Counted from the first letter of the stretch, positions 11,767-24,973 are shown. The stretch is 64,000 bases of DNA from Octopus vulgaris (GCA_951406725.2 OX597822.1:116002001-116066000), one strand, 5' to 3'. Program-made: numbers and translations. Notes: generated from the sequence alone by a model not told the origin.

Positions 11767-12253
11767 GGTACAGGCGTGGCTGTGTGGTAAGAAGTTTGCT
11801 TCCCAACCACATGGTTCCAAGTTCAGTTCCACTGCGTGGCATCTTGGGCAAGTGTCTTCTACTATAGCCTCAGGCCAACAAAAACTATGTGAGTGGGTCT
11901 GGTAGACAGAAACTGAAGGAAGCCCATTGTATATATTTATATATATATATGGTGGTGCCCCAGCATGACAGCAGCTTTGAAGCTGAAACAATTTAAAGAT
12001 TAAAGACTTAAAGGTGTGTGTGTGTGTGTGTGTGTTTGTCTTTGCGTCTGTGTTTGTCCCCACATTACCACTTGACAACTAGTGTTGGTGTGTTTATACC
12101 ACCATAACTTAGCAGTTCAGCATAAGAGACCGATAGAATAACTATTAGGATTCAGAAATAAGTCCTGGGTTTGATTTGTTCAACTACAAACTCTTCAAGA
12201 CAGTGCTCCAGCATAGCCACAATCAAATGACTAAAACAAGAAAAAAGAATAAA
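11767..12253 (+). mobile_element. family A SINE with a nested CR1 3'-tail insertion (11951-12013)
   Basis: Family A head, core and tail. Its TA tract is interrupted by ggtggtgccccagcatgacagcagctttgaagctgaaac followed by (ttaaaga)-type repeats. Confidence 0.85.
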
Positions 12254-12715
12254 ACAATACATACATACACATTTATGCCTCTGATAGTAATTGATTCCAA
12301 TAAAGCCAAGATGTGTATGTGTGGTGAAGTGTGATGCTGGATGCCATAAGAACAACAGTGGAAAACATGCATCCACTCAGTATAAAAGTCTCCATCTCTA
12401 TACATTGGGAAGTCAAAAATGGCTGTCAACATCAAAGTAAATCAGTTGATCCCAGGCTTAAAGTAAAAGAGATTAGTTGGGAAAGGAAAAGGATTTCGAA
12501 CATAGATTACTGCAGATAATAAGAGAACGCCTGGCCAAGAGTTGATGTTTACATGGTCACCTTTACTTTGGTAAATTTGCTCTTGGAATATTTCAGTTGT
12601 GCTGCCCCAAATAGAAATATCAGAGACAGACAGACAGACTGAAATGTCAGCTGCTAATTATGATTGACTCATCAACTTCAGTTACTCACCAAGATAACTG
12701 GAGCATGTTGGCATT

Positions 12716-12771
<56 letters not shown>

Positions 12772-13036
12772 AAATTAACATTTAAGCTGTTGAAAATGAT
12801 AAGTTCTAATAAAAAGATGGGGAATTGAAATACATTTAAAAAGCTGATAAAGGAAGATGAAAATAGGATTGTTTTTAAAGTCGTGAGATGTCTGTGAAAA
12901 TGTCTGGAAGTCTCTTAGAGCCCTGCCCACTTTTCAAGACAGCAGTATTTTAATAGGTCAACCTCCAGTCGCTGTTTCCAGCTATGTACCAGGTTGGAGT
13001 TTGGGCGTTTCTTGTAAGCTTTACCAAGATAGTACA

Positions 13037-13258
13037 ATAACCCGTTAGCATTCAGATTACGCCATCTGGTGTGATGCCTGTCTATTCACATTGCTCTGAA
13101 TTACTCGGGGATTATCTTGTAGCTTTGAGATTTCAAAGATTGTTTATTTTTAGTATGGCATTGTAAGGTGGGTGTGAAAGTCAAGATCTGGCCAGTTTGA
13201 ACATAAAACAGGTAGAATATTTGGGCTGGATGTGGTTAATTCAATGTATTAGGATTTA
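13037..13258 (+). mobile_element. piggyBac-like MITE, degenerate
   Basis: Same interior as 24600-24826 with eroded TIRs. Confidence 0.7.
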
Positions 13259-14269
13259 TCAAAGATTGTGGTCTAGTTGATTAATACCTTGAAAAGAACA
13301 CTGGAGTTTCATAATAACAAAACAAAAAAAAAAGTAGTCAAAATTATTATTGTTCAGGGTATGAGCTGATTTGATCGACAGAATCTGAAAGAAGCTTGTC
13401 ATGTAGATATGCAAGTGTGCATGTGTTAATGTCTTCTTCTCTTGGTAACATGCAATGGTTGTAAACAAGCATCACCATTATACAAGCAGTGTTGTCTGCC
13501 TCCAATCTTCCATGAAAATAAATCCAGCTATGAGTTAAATATTACTTTACACAAAAACAAATAATGGCTGGCAACAAGAAGGGTCTCTAACGATGGGAAA
13601 TTTGCCTCAACAAATTCTGTCAAATCCATGAAAGCATAGAGAAATGAACTTTAAAATGATGATGATGATGATGATACACAATATATGGGTAGAGGCAAGG
13701 CTAAGAAGGGGTTAAGAAGTTCACCTTTTAAACATGTGGTTTCAGTTTCAGTCTTACTGCATTGTACCTTTGGGAAGAGTCTTCTCCTCTAGACCCAGGG
13801 ACAACCAAAGCCTTTTGAGTGAATTTGGGAGACAAATACTGAAAGAAACCTCTGTGTGTGTGTATGCGTGTGCACATGCATGTGTGTGTGCATGTGTGTA
13901 TGTAATCATTATCATCATCGTTTGACATCTGTCTTGCATGCTGGAATAGGGGAGATGGTTTGACAGGAGCTAGTAAGCCTGAGGACTGCACCAAGCTCTG
14001 TTTTGGCATGGTTTTTATTGCTGGGTGCCCTTCCTAACAATAACCACTTTACAATATGTGTGTCGTGGTGGTGGTGGTGGTGGTGTCACTTCTCCCATCA
14101 ACAACCAAGGCCCTCACTTAGCACTGTCAAAGTGATGTGAAATAAAAGATCCTTTATTTGTAAAACAAGGCTTAGCAACAGAAAGGGTATCAATACCTCA
14201 ATAATATATTCATCTAACACATGCTAGCATGGAAAAAAAAAGTGAATGTACAAACAAGTAGATATATTT

Positions 14270-14730
14270 TATCTCTTACTTGTTCCAGTTATTGAACTGT
14301 GGCAATGCTGGAGCACTACCTGGAAGGTTTACTTGAATAAATGGACCATTGTACTTATTTTTTTATATCTAAGTACTTATTCAACTGGCCTCTTTTGCTG
14401 AGCCACTAGATTACAGGGATGTAAACAAACCAACACTAGCTGCTGCCAAGCAGTGGTCAGGGATAAATACAAACACAAAGACGCACATATATCGTTGTAT
14501 AGCATCTGATGAAATCAGTTCTCCCTGGCCAAAGCTTCATTCTCTTTGGTGAGCAGAAAAGAAGAACCCTCCACTCGGTGTCATCAATAAGAAAATCTAT
14601 AAATGACGGCCTTCTTTCAGTTTCTATCTACAATGTCCACTCACAAGGATTTGGTCAGTTCAGGGCCATAGTAGGACACGCCCAAGAACCATGTGGAATG
14701 AGAAGCAAATTTCTTACCATGCTACCACAA
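14270..14730 (-). mobile_element. degenerate family A SINE
   Basis: Reverse-complement tail (gtggcaatgctggagcactac) and core (ggccttctttcagtttctatctacaa), with an interior insertion. Confidence 0.65.
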
Positions 14731-14804
14731 AGACCCGTCGTTGCCGGGTCATAGTGCTAGTGCATGTATATATGTGTATATAAAAAAAAAAAAAAAAAAA
14801 AAAA

Positions 14805-15037
14805 GGGCGGCGAGCTGGCAGAAACGTTAGCACACCGGGCGAAATGCTTAGCCGTATTTCGTCTGCCGTTAAGTGTTCTGGGTTCAAAATCCGCCGAGGT
14901 CGACTTTGCCTTTCATCCTTTCGGGGTCGATAAATTAAGTACCAGTTACGCACTGGGGTCGATGTAATCGACTTAATCCCTTTGTCTGTCCTTGTTCGTC
15001 CCTTCTATGTTTAGCCCCTTGTGGGCAGTAAAGAAAT
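14805..15037 (+). mobile_element. tRNA-derived SINE family C with Nin-like central domain, young copy
   Basis: Head ggcggcgagctggcagaaacgttagc...gggttcaaaatcc and central gccgaggtcgactttgcctttcatcctttcggggtcgataaattaagtaccag, resembling the Nin/Deu-SINE domain. CpGs are intact. Confidence 0.85.
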
Positions 15038-15075
15038 ATATATATGTGTATATATGTGTACATATTACATGTAGA

Positions 15076-15119
<44 letters not shown>

Positions 15120-15329
15120 TATGGAGCTACACATAAAATGCACAAATACAAAGTTATATCTTGATATCGCTAGTGATAACAATACTCAAAATATATAACA
15201 GACTGGAATTGTTAGCCTGTCTCTTGTAATTTTGATCAATTGTATCTTGTCCTTCCTCTTGTATAGAAGTGTAGCTACAATCCAGCCTACCTCTACTTCT
15301 GGGGGTGGGAGGGCATTTTAAATTTTTTT

Positions 15330-16333
15330 CCGGGACATCTTATGTCCCAGATATAAAGGTAAAAATAAAATATTTCCCCTTTGCAAGTTCAAGTCGAGTA
15401 CTCCCTTGCACGCTCCATTGACTCGAACCTTTCTTCTATTGTGGCGAATTTACCGCCTCTGATTAGATATCTTTCATAGTCGCACCAAGACACTTTTCGA
15501 AGGTGCTTTCCTCCATGTGTTCAAATCTTCTTTTTTCTCTACATTGTATACTTTATAGACAACAAGTGACGCGCCATTCTTCGTTGCGGTGACCCTCGCG
15601 TAAGTCTCCATGACTGAGGGTCAACGCTCCTTCTATAAAAAGTAACGACATGCAGTGACAAGCGCGATTCGATCCTGTTTTGTCTCTTTCTACAATTTTT
15701 TACTTTTTTTCACTCTTTCACACAAAAATAACATCTGACTCTGACAGCATAATATCAGGTACTCAGTAGAAGCATCTTTCGAGAAAACAGACATTACATA
15801 CAGCCAAACTTCATATAGATACTTAATGCTAGCTAATTAGCAAATAATCTAATGTAAAAGCCATGCACACCTCCATCTGGACTATTCCATTTCTGCACAC
15901 TAATTTTATTTTTTATTTATTCCCATTCATGTGAAACCACTGATTCAAGTTCAAGTCATTGATGCAATTTTATACCAATTGCTATAGTTTTACTTTTGTT
16001 ATGTTACGATAATATTATACTTTAGTTTGATTTTAATTATTACTTACTACATATAATTCAATTGTTATTATTATTTTTATTGTTAAAGTGAAAGTATCTG
16101 ACATAAAATAGAGAAATGTTTTTGTTTCACTTTTAACATGAAATACTGAAATAGTGGAGAAGATATGATATTGCTATAGGCTTGCTCTAGGTAAGAAGTT
16201 GAACATTTTTTTTGCCCATGAAACTACATGGACCCTAAGTAAGGCATGTGTAAAATTTGAATGAAATTGGTTGTGTAGTTCTCAAGTTTTCGGGAAACAC
16301 ACAGACAGACAGACAGACAGACACATATTCTCA

Positions 16334-16372
<39 letters not shown>
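15330..16372 (-). mobile_element. non-autonomous Helitron/Helentron-like element (left boundary uncertain)
   Basis: The minus strand starts (ta)n-aaaactgagaat-(gtct)n...gaactacacaaccaatttcattcaaatttt, the typical Lep1/DINE-like 5' architecture. The interior at 15330-15700 is CpG-rich. Confidence 0.55.
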
Positions 16373-16379
<7 letters not shown>

Positions 16380-16381
<2 letters not shown>

Positions 16382-16644
16382 GTAATGCCACGATATACAA
16401 GGTAATCTGTTTCCGGAGACTGCTCATAAAGTGGAAACTCAAAGCAGAGCAATAATTTCCCACAGTAACAATGAACATTTTTTGCCGTCACTTGACTTTG
16501 TTGCTATATGCAGCTGTGTAGCTGCGTCAGAACCAGTGATGCCACACACACAATGGCTGTTTAACCTTTTCATATTTATTATAAAATAAAATTTGTAGAC
16601 CCGGGGTCTTGTAAAGTGGGTCCCCATAAAGTGAGGTATTACTG
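16380..16644. mobile_element. Tigger/pogo-like MITE
   Basis: TIRs cagtaatgccac / gaggtattactg followed by TA. Confidence 0.65.
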
Positions 16645-17067
16645 TATACACACACACACACACACACACACAGAAAAAAGACTGTATGTCAAAGTAAAGC
16701 AGTGCATTTTTGTTGTATCATATATATATATACTCATTCATATAAAATGATATTGCTAAAATCCTCAAATATTACTTCCTACGACTAAACAAGCATAGAA
16801 ACACAGAGCAGATATTTTGGGATGTCTTATGCAGTGTATTATCCAGTCACAGCTGAAATTGATTTTTCAAATATTTATATCACATTATTAAGACTTATCA
16901 CCATAAACAACAATAACTTAATAAATGAATTTTTCCCAGCTGGTACAAGCTGAAGAAATTTGCTAAAAAAAATTCTGCCTTTCTGTGCCCCCTTAAATTT
17001 TATCATCCAGATTGATAAGAATGGAAAATAAGACAGAAAAACCGAAAATCTAATTTGTGAATCCTAC

Positions 17068-17315
17068 CTTTCTGAAATTTAATCTACGTATCTAATCCAA
17101 GATTTATATTTTCTCTCCTTGCTCCATTTGTTTAGCGTCAGATTCTACCGTTTGGTGATAATTTGCATCTACTTTTAAACCAACACACTGTAACTGATCT
17201 TCCTGCCAAAACCAGTTTTGATTCATGAAAATAATACTTTTTATTTCACCAAAGAAATACAGTTCTACATGGTAAGCATGTAAGCATAAATTCCAAACTG
17301 AGAGTAGAACATGAT
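17068..17315 (-). other. candidate non-coding exon
   Basis: Acceptor gttttcag (alternative acceptor ctactctcag, exon start 17297) and donor AAG|gtagga. The longest frame stops before the donor. Confidence 0.25.
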
Positions 17316-17669
17316 CTGAAAACCTCCCCATTCACCCATTCAAACCATATACGCAGAGAATGTAAACCAAAATTTCACTAAATTCAATTTCTTTAACATT
17401 TAACATTTATTCATGGACAAATAAGAAAACTTTCTACTGAATTGCAGAATATCCTAAACATTTTCAATCTCATTCTTCACAAGAATTATGTAAATTAATA
17501 TCAACACCAGTTTTATTAAAGAAATAATTATTACTTAATCATCACCAATATAAAATCATTAAATTTCAGTTTTTACATGAATACTAACATTTTAGAAATA
17601 AATCATATTCTTTGATTAGAATATAATTCTGGAAGACAAACACAAAGACATACACACAAAGATATATAC

Positions 17670-18432
17670 ATCATCATCATCATCATTTAGCGTCCGCTTT
17701 CCATGCTAGCATGGGTTGGTCGGTTCAACTGGGGTCTGGGAAGCCAGAAGGCTGCACCAGGCCCAGTCTGTTTCTACGGCTGGATGCCCTTCCTAACGCC
17801 AACCACTCCGTGAGTGTAGTGGGTGCTTTTTACGTGCCACCAGCACAGGGGCCAGGCGAGGCTGGCAACGGCCACGATCGGATGGTGCTTTTTACGTGCC
17901 ACCTGCATGGAGGCCCGTTGGGGCGGCGCTGGCAACGGCCACGTTCGGATGGTTCGCTTACATGCCACCGGCACTGGTATCACAGCTACAATTTCCATTG
18001 ATGTTGATCGATTTCGATTTTGATTCTGATTCTCACTTGCCTCAACAGATCTTCACAAGTAGAGTTTTGTGTCCCAAGAAGGAAAGGCATGTATAAGTGG
18101 ACTGGCTACATCCCGAGCAGAGGCCATGGGTTATGGTTTCACTTGTCCTGCCGGGTCTTCTCACGCACAGCATACTTCCATAGGTCTCGGTCTCTAGACA
18201 TTTCCTCGGTGAGACCTAAAGTTCGAAGGTTGTGCTTCACCACCTCGTCCCAGGTTTTCCTGGGTCTACCTCTTCCACAGGTTCCCTCAACCGCTAAAGT
18301 GTGGCACTTTTTCACACAACTATCTTCATCCATTCTCGTCACATGACCATACCAGCGCAAACGTCTATCTTGCACACCACAACTGATGCTTCTTAGGTCC
18401 AACTTTTCTCTCAAGGTACTTACACTCTGTCA
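17670..18432 (-). mobile_element. RTE LINE 3' fragment
   Basis: ORF 18139-18414 (REKLDLRSISCGVQDRRLRWYGHV...GRPRKTW) is nearly identical to 35690-36106, followed by the 3' UTR and a (gat)n tail. Confidence 0.95.
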
Positions 18433-18786
18433 TGAAGGGCTTCTTTCAGTTTCCGCCTACTAAATCCATTCCCAAGATTTTGGTCAGACTGAGGTTATAG
18501 TAGAATACATTTGTTCAAGGTGCTGCACAATTAGTTTGGTCAACAGGATGACAGACTGCTAATTAAAGAGCTGTGACAGTTCTATCCTTTCACTATACTG
18601 ACTCACTCCTCCAAAATATAAATAAGTACCATAGGTAAGTATAACTGACTATGATGAAGGGTAGAGAGCTGTATACAACGAATGAGTTGCTTTGTTAGGG
18701 TGCAGTTCAATACCAACTGGATGCCTCCCCAATGTAACAGAATCAATTGTTAATTTTGATGAAACAAACTTATTTCATGCAATTAC

Positions 18787-18976
18787 CTTTCAGCACTATA
18801 AACGAGAAGGCATAATTAAATCCTTCGGCATTTCACACACAATGTTTTAATATTTGCAAGATCGTAACAGACAAACAGTGAAATGACTTTTAAAGATATG
18901 TAAGACTGAAGCTTATAAAATAAGGAAACAGCTTTAAAGAAACATATTTTCCACTGTTTCAATAGGTTTGCAGAAG
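18787..18976 (-). other. candidate non-coding exon
   Basis: Acceptor cttgttttcag and donor AAG|gtaatt. Stops in all three frames. Confidence 0.25.
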
Positions 18977-19154
18977 CTGAAAACAAGTGGTCAGCCAGTC
19001 GACTAGAAATAGCAGCCAAACTCCCTGAACAAACAGGAAAGATCAAATCAGTTACATCTCTCTTGTAAACATTTTTAAGAAATATGGAAACTAATAGGTT
19101 AGTGACATAACTTATCTTTCATTTCAGTTTCACAACTGAATGGTAATAATAATA

Positions 19155-19179
<25 letters not shown>

Positions 19180-19189
<10 letters not shown>

Positions 19190-19412
19190 GTTTCAAATTT
19201 TGCCACAAGGCCAGCCATTTTGGGGGAAGGGATGAGTTGATTACATTGACCACAGTGTTCAACTGGTACTTAATTTATTGACCGTGAAAGGATGAACGGC
19301 AAGGCAAAGTCAACTTTGGCAGAATCTGGACTCTGTAGCAACGGGCGAAATACTGCCAAAGCTAATAATTTCACCTGGCATGTTAATGATTCTATCAGCT
19401 CACCACCTTAAT
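19180..19412 (-). mobile_element. degenerate family C SINE
   Basis: Reverse-complement match to the Nin-like domain (ctggtacttaatttattgaccgtgaaaggatgaa) and head. Confidence 0.75.
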
Positions 19413-20452
19413 AATAATAATAATAATCTTGCTCCAGTAATAAGACTTTGAAACAAACGGAATCAATATTGTTACAGCATTTATGATTTTAAAGAAATGA
19501 AGATAATGTTGTTCTTATACAGATAGGAAAATTTATCACCAATTTTCACCTACCACTAGCTTTATCTGTATCATTTACAGCAAATCAAAGCACTCTTACA
19601 TTATGGAACCACAAATTAATGTGAATATCATTCTTAGAAAAGTGAAAACAGAGTATGTTATATTGTCAGATGCTGCTATTAGAGAGAAGCGTTTAAATAT
19701 ATACAAAAGATCTAAAGATATATGTAATTTTCACAAAACATATTTCCCAAAGTTTGATATTTACTAAGCCCAATTAGAGGAAAAAAAAAAATTATGTAGA
19801 GATAAAAAAAAAAACTCCAAGCACTTTCTCGAATTTTATGTTTGTGGCAAGTTGCTCATTAGCAAAAAAAAATTAGGATTTCAGAATTTTTGACAAAGAA
19901 TTGTAGTAGTATGTATGGAGTCTGTAAATCTGAAGATGTAGATGTGCCTCTACATCTACAATACATTAAGGTGATGTTGAGTCAAACTGTTATTAAATAC
20001 TTGTGACTCCAACTGATTGTATTGAGTCCTACTCCCATCATTTGTTCATCTACACCCTCTCTGTTTATATGGGACATATATACATATATACATACACCTT
20101 ATATATACATGTATACCTTACCCTACAAGCAAATATTCCGCATACTGTGGGGCATTCTTAGTTCCCACTCCAAGGGCCATGAACATGAAAAACTTTTTCA
20201 ACCCAAGTTTTGACTAGGACAAGAATTACTGCTATTTTTACAACAGCCATAAGATCAACTGGGTAAAATTTGACACTTTTAAACGTCCAGTGGCAAAGAA
20301 CCCAAACCACATAATATTCTTTTCATCCCTCTCTGATGATTGGTGAGATTATATCATCTCATCTGGTATGAAACTGGTAAAGTGGCTGATATGGTAATAT
20401 AATATCGTATTTAATTAACTAATCAATTAATAAATAATAAATCATAATTAAT

Positions 20453-20487
<35 letters not shown>

Positions 20488-20841
20488 GAGAGAGAGAGAG
20501 AGTTTGCAAAAATTATTCTGTAAATAATTTCACAAATTTGAAGTTATTTGAAATTTTAATTCTAGAATTTGCTTAAAATTAAACTTTACAATAAATGCCA
20601 AGAATAGATCAAAATGTAGTTTTGAAAGCCAACAATTACAACCCAAAAATATGCCCAAGTACAAATGGTATCTCCTAGTGAAATCAGTGAGCATAGATTT
20701 TCTTTTACAGCAACATACTAAATAGTGGCAAGTCCAAACTTTGTTACTGTCTCAAGAATTAACAGAAAACTCACAGGTGCAGCAGTAAGTATAAACAGAG
20801 ATTATTTAAACATGTGCACCTGCTACCACTGCAACCTATAA

Positions 20842-21293
20842 CATCGTGTAACAATTTTTTTTTTTTTCTTTCTGTCTTGGGTCAGTAAATGTTATTTTCT
20901 ATTTGCTTCTATCTAGAAATCAAAGGAAATCACTACCATTCCCTTCAAACTTTGCTTTTCTGACTTGGACACCATTGTTCTGAAACTGACCTATTTTCCA
21001 TTACATTCCAGACAGATTCAGTTCTAAGTTGCTGAAGCAGAAATATCGTTATAGTAACTATTCTGCCCAATACCACAGATTTGCTTCTCAGTTGTTTGAC
21101 CATAGCCACTTGAGCATGATGTCCCTTAGTGGCTGACAATATGTGCATCTCTGATCACGAGCAGGAGTAGTTGAGGAGCATCATAGCCATGTGCTGAGAG
21201 GGATTCTTTGGGGTTTGAATAAACATCATAACAAAAAAAGCAAATAGAAAATAACAGTTGCCACCCAAAGACAAAAATCGTGTCACACAGTGT
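20842..21293. mobile_element. MITE with about 55-bp imperfect terminal inverted repeats
   Basis: Left tgtcttgggtcagtaaatgttattttctatttgct pairs with right agcaaatagaaaataacagttgccacccaaagaca. Confidence 0.6.
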
Positions 21294-21793
21294 AATACGG
21301 ATTAATTAGTTGCAGAGAACAATAGAGCAGGGCTTGATAAAGTTTGGTGTAATGCGCAGGCATAGAAACTCACATAGAAATACTTTGATAGAGAAACAGT
21401 GACAACAAGCCACAGCATGTGCGAATAGGTTCGTTTCTTTAGCCGACTTTAAACAAAATCAATAGAAAATGTTCTGGTTTCAGTGATTTTTACAAGATTA
21501 GTCTTGATGAATGGTTTCCGTCTGAATAGTCTGCTTAAGAATCAACCAACTAACCATAAAGTGAACGGTGTTTTATTAATCAACAAAGTAAACTGAAATG
21601 CAGGTGTTGTTGAAGGTAAACTGCAACAGAGGCAAGAAAGAGGCAGGAATCTGCATCTGACTATATATGATGGCTTCATTGGTTTAGAATGATTGTAAAT
21701 GATCTTTAAAAACATGTAGAGTTGATACTTTTAACAATGCTTAGAGATATCAATGGATTAACAAAACAAGAAACATAACATATGTATAAAATA

Positions 21794-23412
21794 TTGGGTC
21801 GTCCCATGAATAATATGGTGTTTTCAATTCCATGAACTAAAAGTCGTAGGGGGATGGGATAAACTACTTGCATCAACTTGCTATAAAAGAGGGTAGTAAT
21901 TTTACCTTGTACTTATTCTTAGTGCAAGTTTTGAAGAGTGCAGTTCGATTTTAACAGTTCTTTATGCAAAGTAATAATGGAAATGGCAAAAGGAGCATAC
22001 TCAGTATATTTTTGCTTTAAGAGTTCAATAAAGGCAACAACACAACAGAAAGTGTAAGGAATATTAATGCAGTATAGGGGGCAAAATCAGAAGACACCTG
22101 TGCCGGTGACACGTAAAAGGCACCGTCCGAACGTGGCAGATGCCAGCGCCACATGACTGGAATCCGTGTTGGTGACACGTAGAAGCACCAACCGATCGTG
22201 ACCGTTTTCCAGCCCCCTCTGGCCCCTGTGCCGGTGGCACGTAAAAAACACCCACTACACTCACAGAGTGGTTGGCGTTAGGAAGGGCATCCAGCCGTAG
22301 AAACATTGCCAGATCAGACTGGAGCCTGGTGCAGCCTCCTGGCTTCCCAGACCCTGGTCAAACAGTCCAACCCATGCTAGCATGGAAAACGGACATTAAA
22401 TGATGATGAGGGGGATCAGACAATAAGCATAAGCCAGTGTCAACGGTGATTCCGGAAATTCCAAGCCAGAAACTACAGCCTAGAAGACTAGCCTCATCCT
22501 GGAAGATCTGTAGAGCTCAACAAGGATGTCCTGCAAACCCTAGTGAAACAAAACCCTATCATAACCGTTGAGGAACTGGCAGAGAAGCTTGGATTTGGTC
22601 ATTCGACCATTCATCGACACCCACATGACAATGGAAAAATCAGCAAATTGCGATAATGGGTTCCTCACAAACTTTCCGAGTCTAACCACATGCAGAGAGT
22701 GAATGTGTGCTCTTCTTTGCTGTCATATCTCACAAATGAACCTTTTTCCAACCGAATAATGACTAGTGATGAGAAATGGGTACTCTATAAAAAGTGCCAA
22801 AGAGAGTGGGTAGGGAAAGGAGAAACACTGGCACCCCAAGCTAAAGAAGGTCTTCACCCACATAAGATGTTGTTATCTGTTTGGTGGGATATGAAAGGTT
22901 TAGCCCACTTTGAACTTTTAAACCCAAACAAAATGATAACAAAGGAGATCTACTGTGAGCAGCTTGAGCGGCTGAAGTCAGCACTAGAAGAAAAATGACC
23001 CTCTTTGGTTTCAAGATGAAAGGTGTTCTTCCATCAGGATAATGCTCAACCACATACAGCGGGGATGACATTCCAAAGTCTGGAGTGGTTTGAGTGGAAA
23101 ACAATGCCCTACCCATCAAATTCGCCAGACATTGCACTATCTGATTATCATGTAGTCTGTAGTCTTCAAAATCATTTGGACAGAAAAGTACGAATTCCGT
23201 AGATGAGGTCAAAACAGTACAGGAAGAGTATTTTTCATCACAAACAAGTGAATTTCGGAAGAGGGGCCTTGCAAGTCTACCAGCAAGATGGAATAGCATG
23301 GTAGAAAATGAAGGAGAGTATATTTTAGATCAAAAAAGAACTGGTGTTTATCTTAATTTTGAAAAATGAAAGAAGTATAAAAAAAAACAGCATTATTTAT
23401 GGGATGATCAAA
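21794..23412 (+). mobile_element. full-length decayed mariner (DD34D) transposon
   Basis: TIRs ttgggtcgtcccatgaataat / attatttatgggatgatcaaa with TA flanks. Transposase motifs WVPHKL, TSDEKW, HPHKMLLSVWWD, HQDNAQPH and SPDIALSDY, broken by stops and frameshifts (ATG at about 21977). Confidence 0.93.
22082..22408 (+). mobile_element. RTE 3'-UTR fragment nested in the mariner
   Basis: Three hairpin units plus a (gat)n tail. Apparent TSD aggggg at 22076-22081 and 22409-22414. Confidence 0.88.
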
Positions 23413-24114
23413 TATATAGGTTTATAAAGAAATGCATCCAGTATAATTGATGTTTTATAGCCAGGGTTAATTTAGGCTTTCATATTCTGTGGAACTTACA
23501 AAAACAAGATATTCAAAAAAAGGCTGACAGACAGAAGAAGCATCCCTCTGTAGTTGATCACTTGTAGAAATCAAGTATGGCATAAGTTGGCTGTGCATAT
23601 GTAAACTGGTTCCACAATAATACAATCATTTTCAAATTGAAAGTCCACTTCACACATGGCAGAATCCTAATCAATGGCAATAACAGCCCAATGCACACAG
23701 CCCCACATCTACAGGGTCCTCACACTCACATACACAATCACCTACCCACAAGAATATTCCAGCTGTATCGGTCGGTAGCTGGTGCGACCAGGTGGTGACT
23801 CAAAGAATGTCCTGCAGATATGTGCAACAGCTGCAAGTGAGTGCACCAATAAAATAAGCAACTGTGGATAAAGAGCAGCAAAACCATCAAGGAGGGCAGA
23901 GTGGGCCAGGACTAAGAAGCTGGGTCTAAAAACACTGCAGAAATCCTATGATGGTTCTGTGACATGGCAGGCGAAGGAGCCTTCAAATAACCTTGATGTT
24001 CATTAGGTAGGGCCCAGATAAAGACAAAACCCAACAGCTCCTTTTTGTTTCCTATGCCCCATTGTGTTGCATTTCCATTTGCCAAATTGGCAGCCAGGCC
24101 TGAGTAATGCTCAA

Positions 24115-24378
24115 AGGTAAAAAGGGGAACCTTCTTTCCTGTGTCATTGCCAACTCATAAGGACCAGTTTCCTGGTTTCCATGGTGAATATATTTTCCAC
24201 CTGGATCGGGCACCGGTCTGTTGCAGGATTACTCATTTTTGCCAGCTGAGTGGGCTTGAGCAACATGAAATGAAGTGTTTTGCTCAAGAACACAATACAT
24301 CACCCGGTCCAGGAATCGAAACCCCAATCTTACAATCATAAGTCTGACACCCTAACCACTAAGCCATGTGCCTCCACT
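24115..24378 (-). mobile_element. family B SINE with V/Meta-like central domain
   Basis: Head gaggcacatggcttagtggttaggg...gtttcgattcc and central cctgcaacagaccggtgcccgatccagg. Confidence 0.75.
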
Positions 24379-24599
24379 GAGGAGGACCGTCATAAATAAT
24401 TCTCTGTGCTGGCATTACCTTTATTTTTTTTTTTCTTCATATCTCAAGTCCTACAAGTGACAAGAATAATCATGGATGATGATGATGATGATGATGATGA
24501 AAGTATTCTAGCATGAAACTTGCATGTATGGTGGGTTTAGTGTGATGGATATTTTGGAAATAAAAAAACAAAAACAAAAGGAAAATAACATCAAGAACA

Positions 24600-24826
24600 T
24601 TAACCTTTGACATTCAGATTTCTTTGTCAAATGTATTACTTATTTACTCACACTGTTTTGAATGAATCACTCGTTACCTTGTAGCTTTAAGATTTCAATG
24701 GAGTGTTTGCATATTTTTAGAATGACATTGTAGGATAGGTGTGAGAGGTTGGATCTTGTCAGTTTTAACATAAAACAGGTAGAGTATTTGCGCCAGATAT
24801 GGCCAGATTGAATGCTAAAGGGTTAA
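24600..24826 (+). mobile_element. piggyBac-like MITE
   Basis: TTAA-cctttgacattca ... tgaatgctaaaggg-TTAA (TTAA target duplication with CC(C)...GGG termini). Five copies in the window. Confidence 0.8.
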
Positions 24827-24834
24827 AACCTTAC

Positions 24835-24973
24835 CCTACAATCACTATTGCTGCAACTAGATCCAGAAGCAAATAATTTTATGAAAAGGAAAGTAGCTGA
24901 ATGCCAATCAAGTCCATTTTTGCGGTGGTCACCAGCTGAGCTTTCAGTCGTACAATAGACTCAACAGAAAATC
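24835..24973 (-). other. candidate non-coding exon
   Basis: Acceptor gtatttcatag and donor AGG|gtaagg. The longest frame ends in TAA before the donor. Confidence 0.3.

Noticed and set aside
19930-19964. CTGAAGA followed by a 9-bp hairpin (hammerhead-like)
   Set aside because: There is no GAAA after the stem and no stems I or III.
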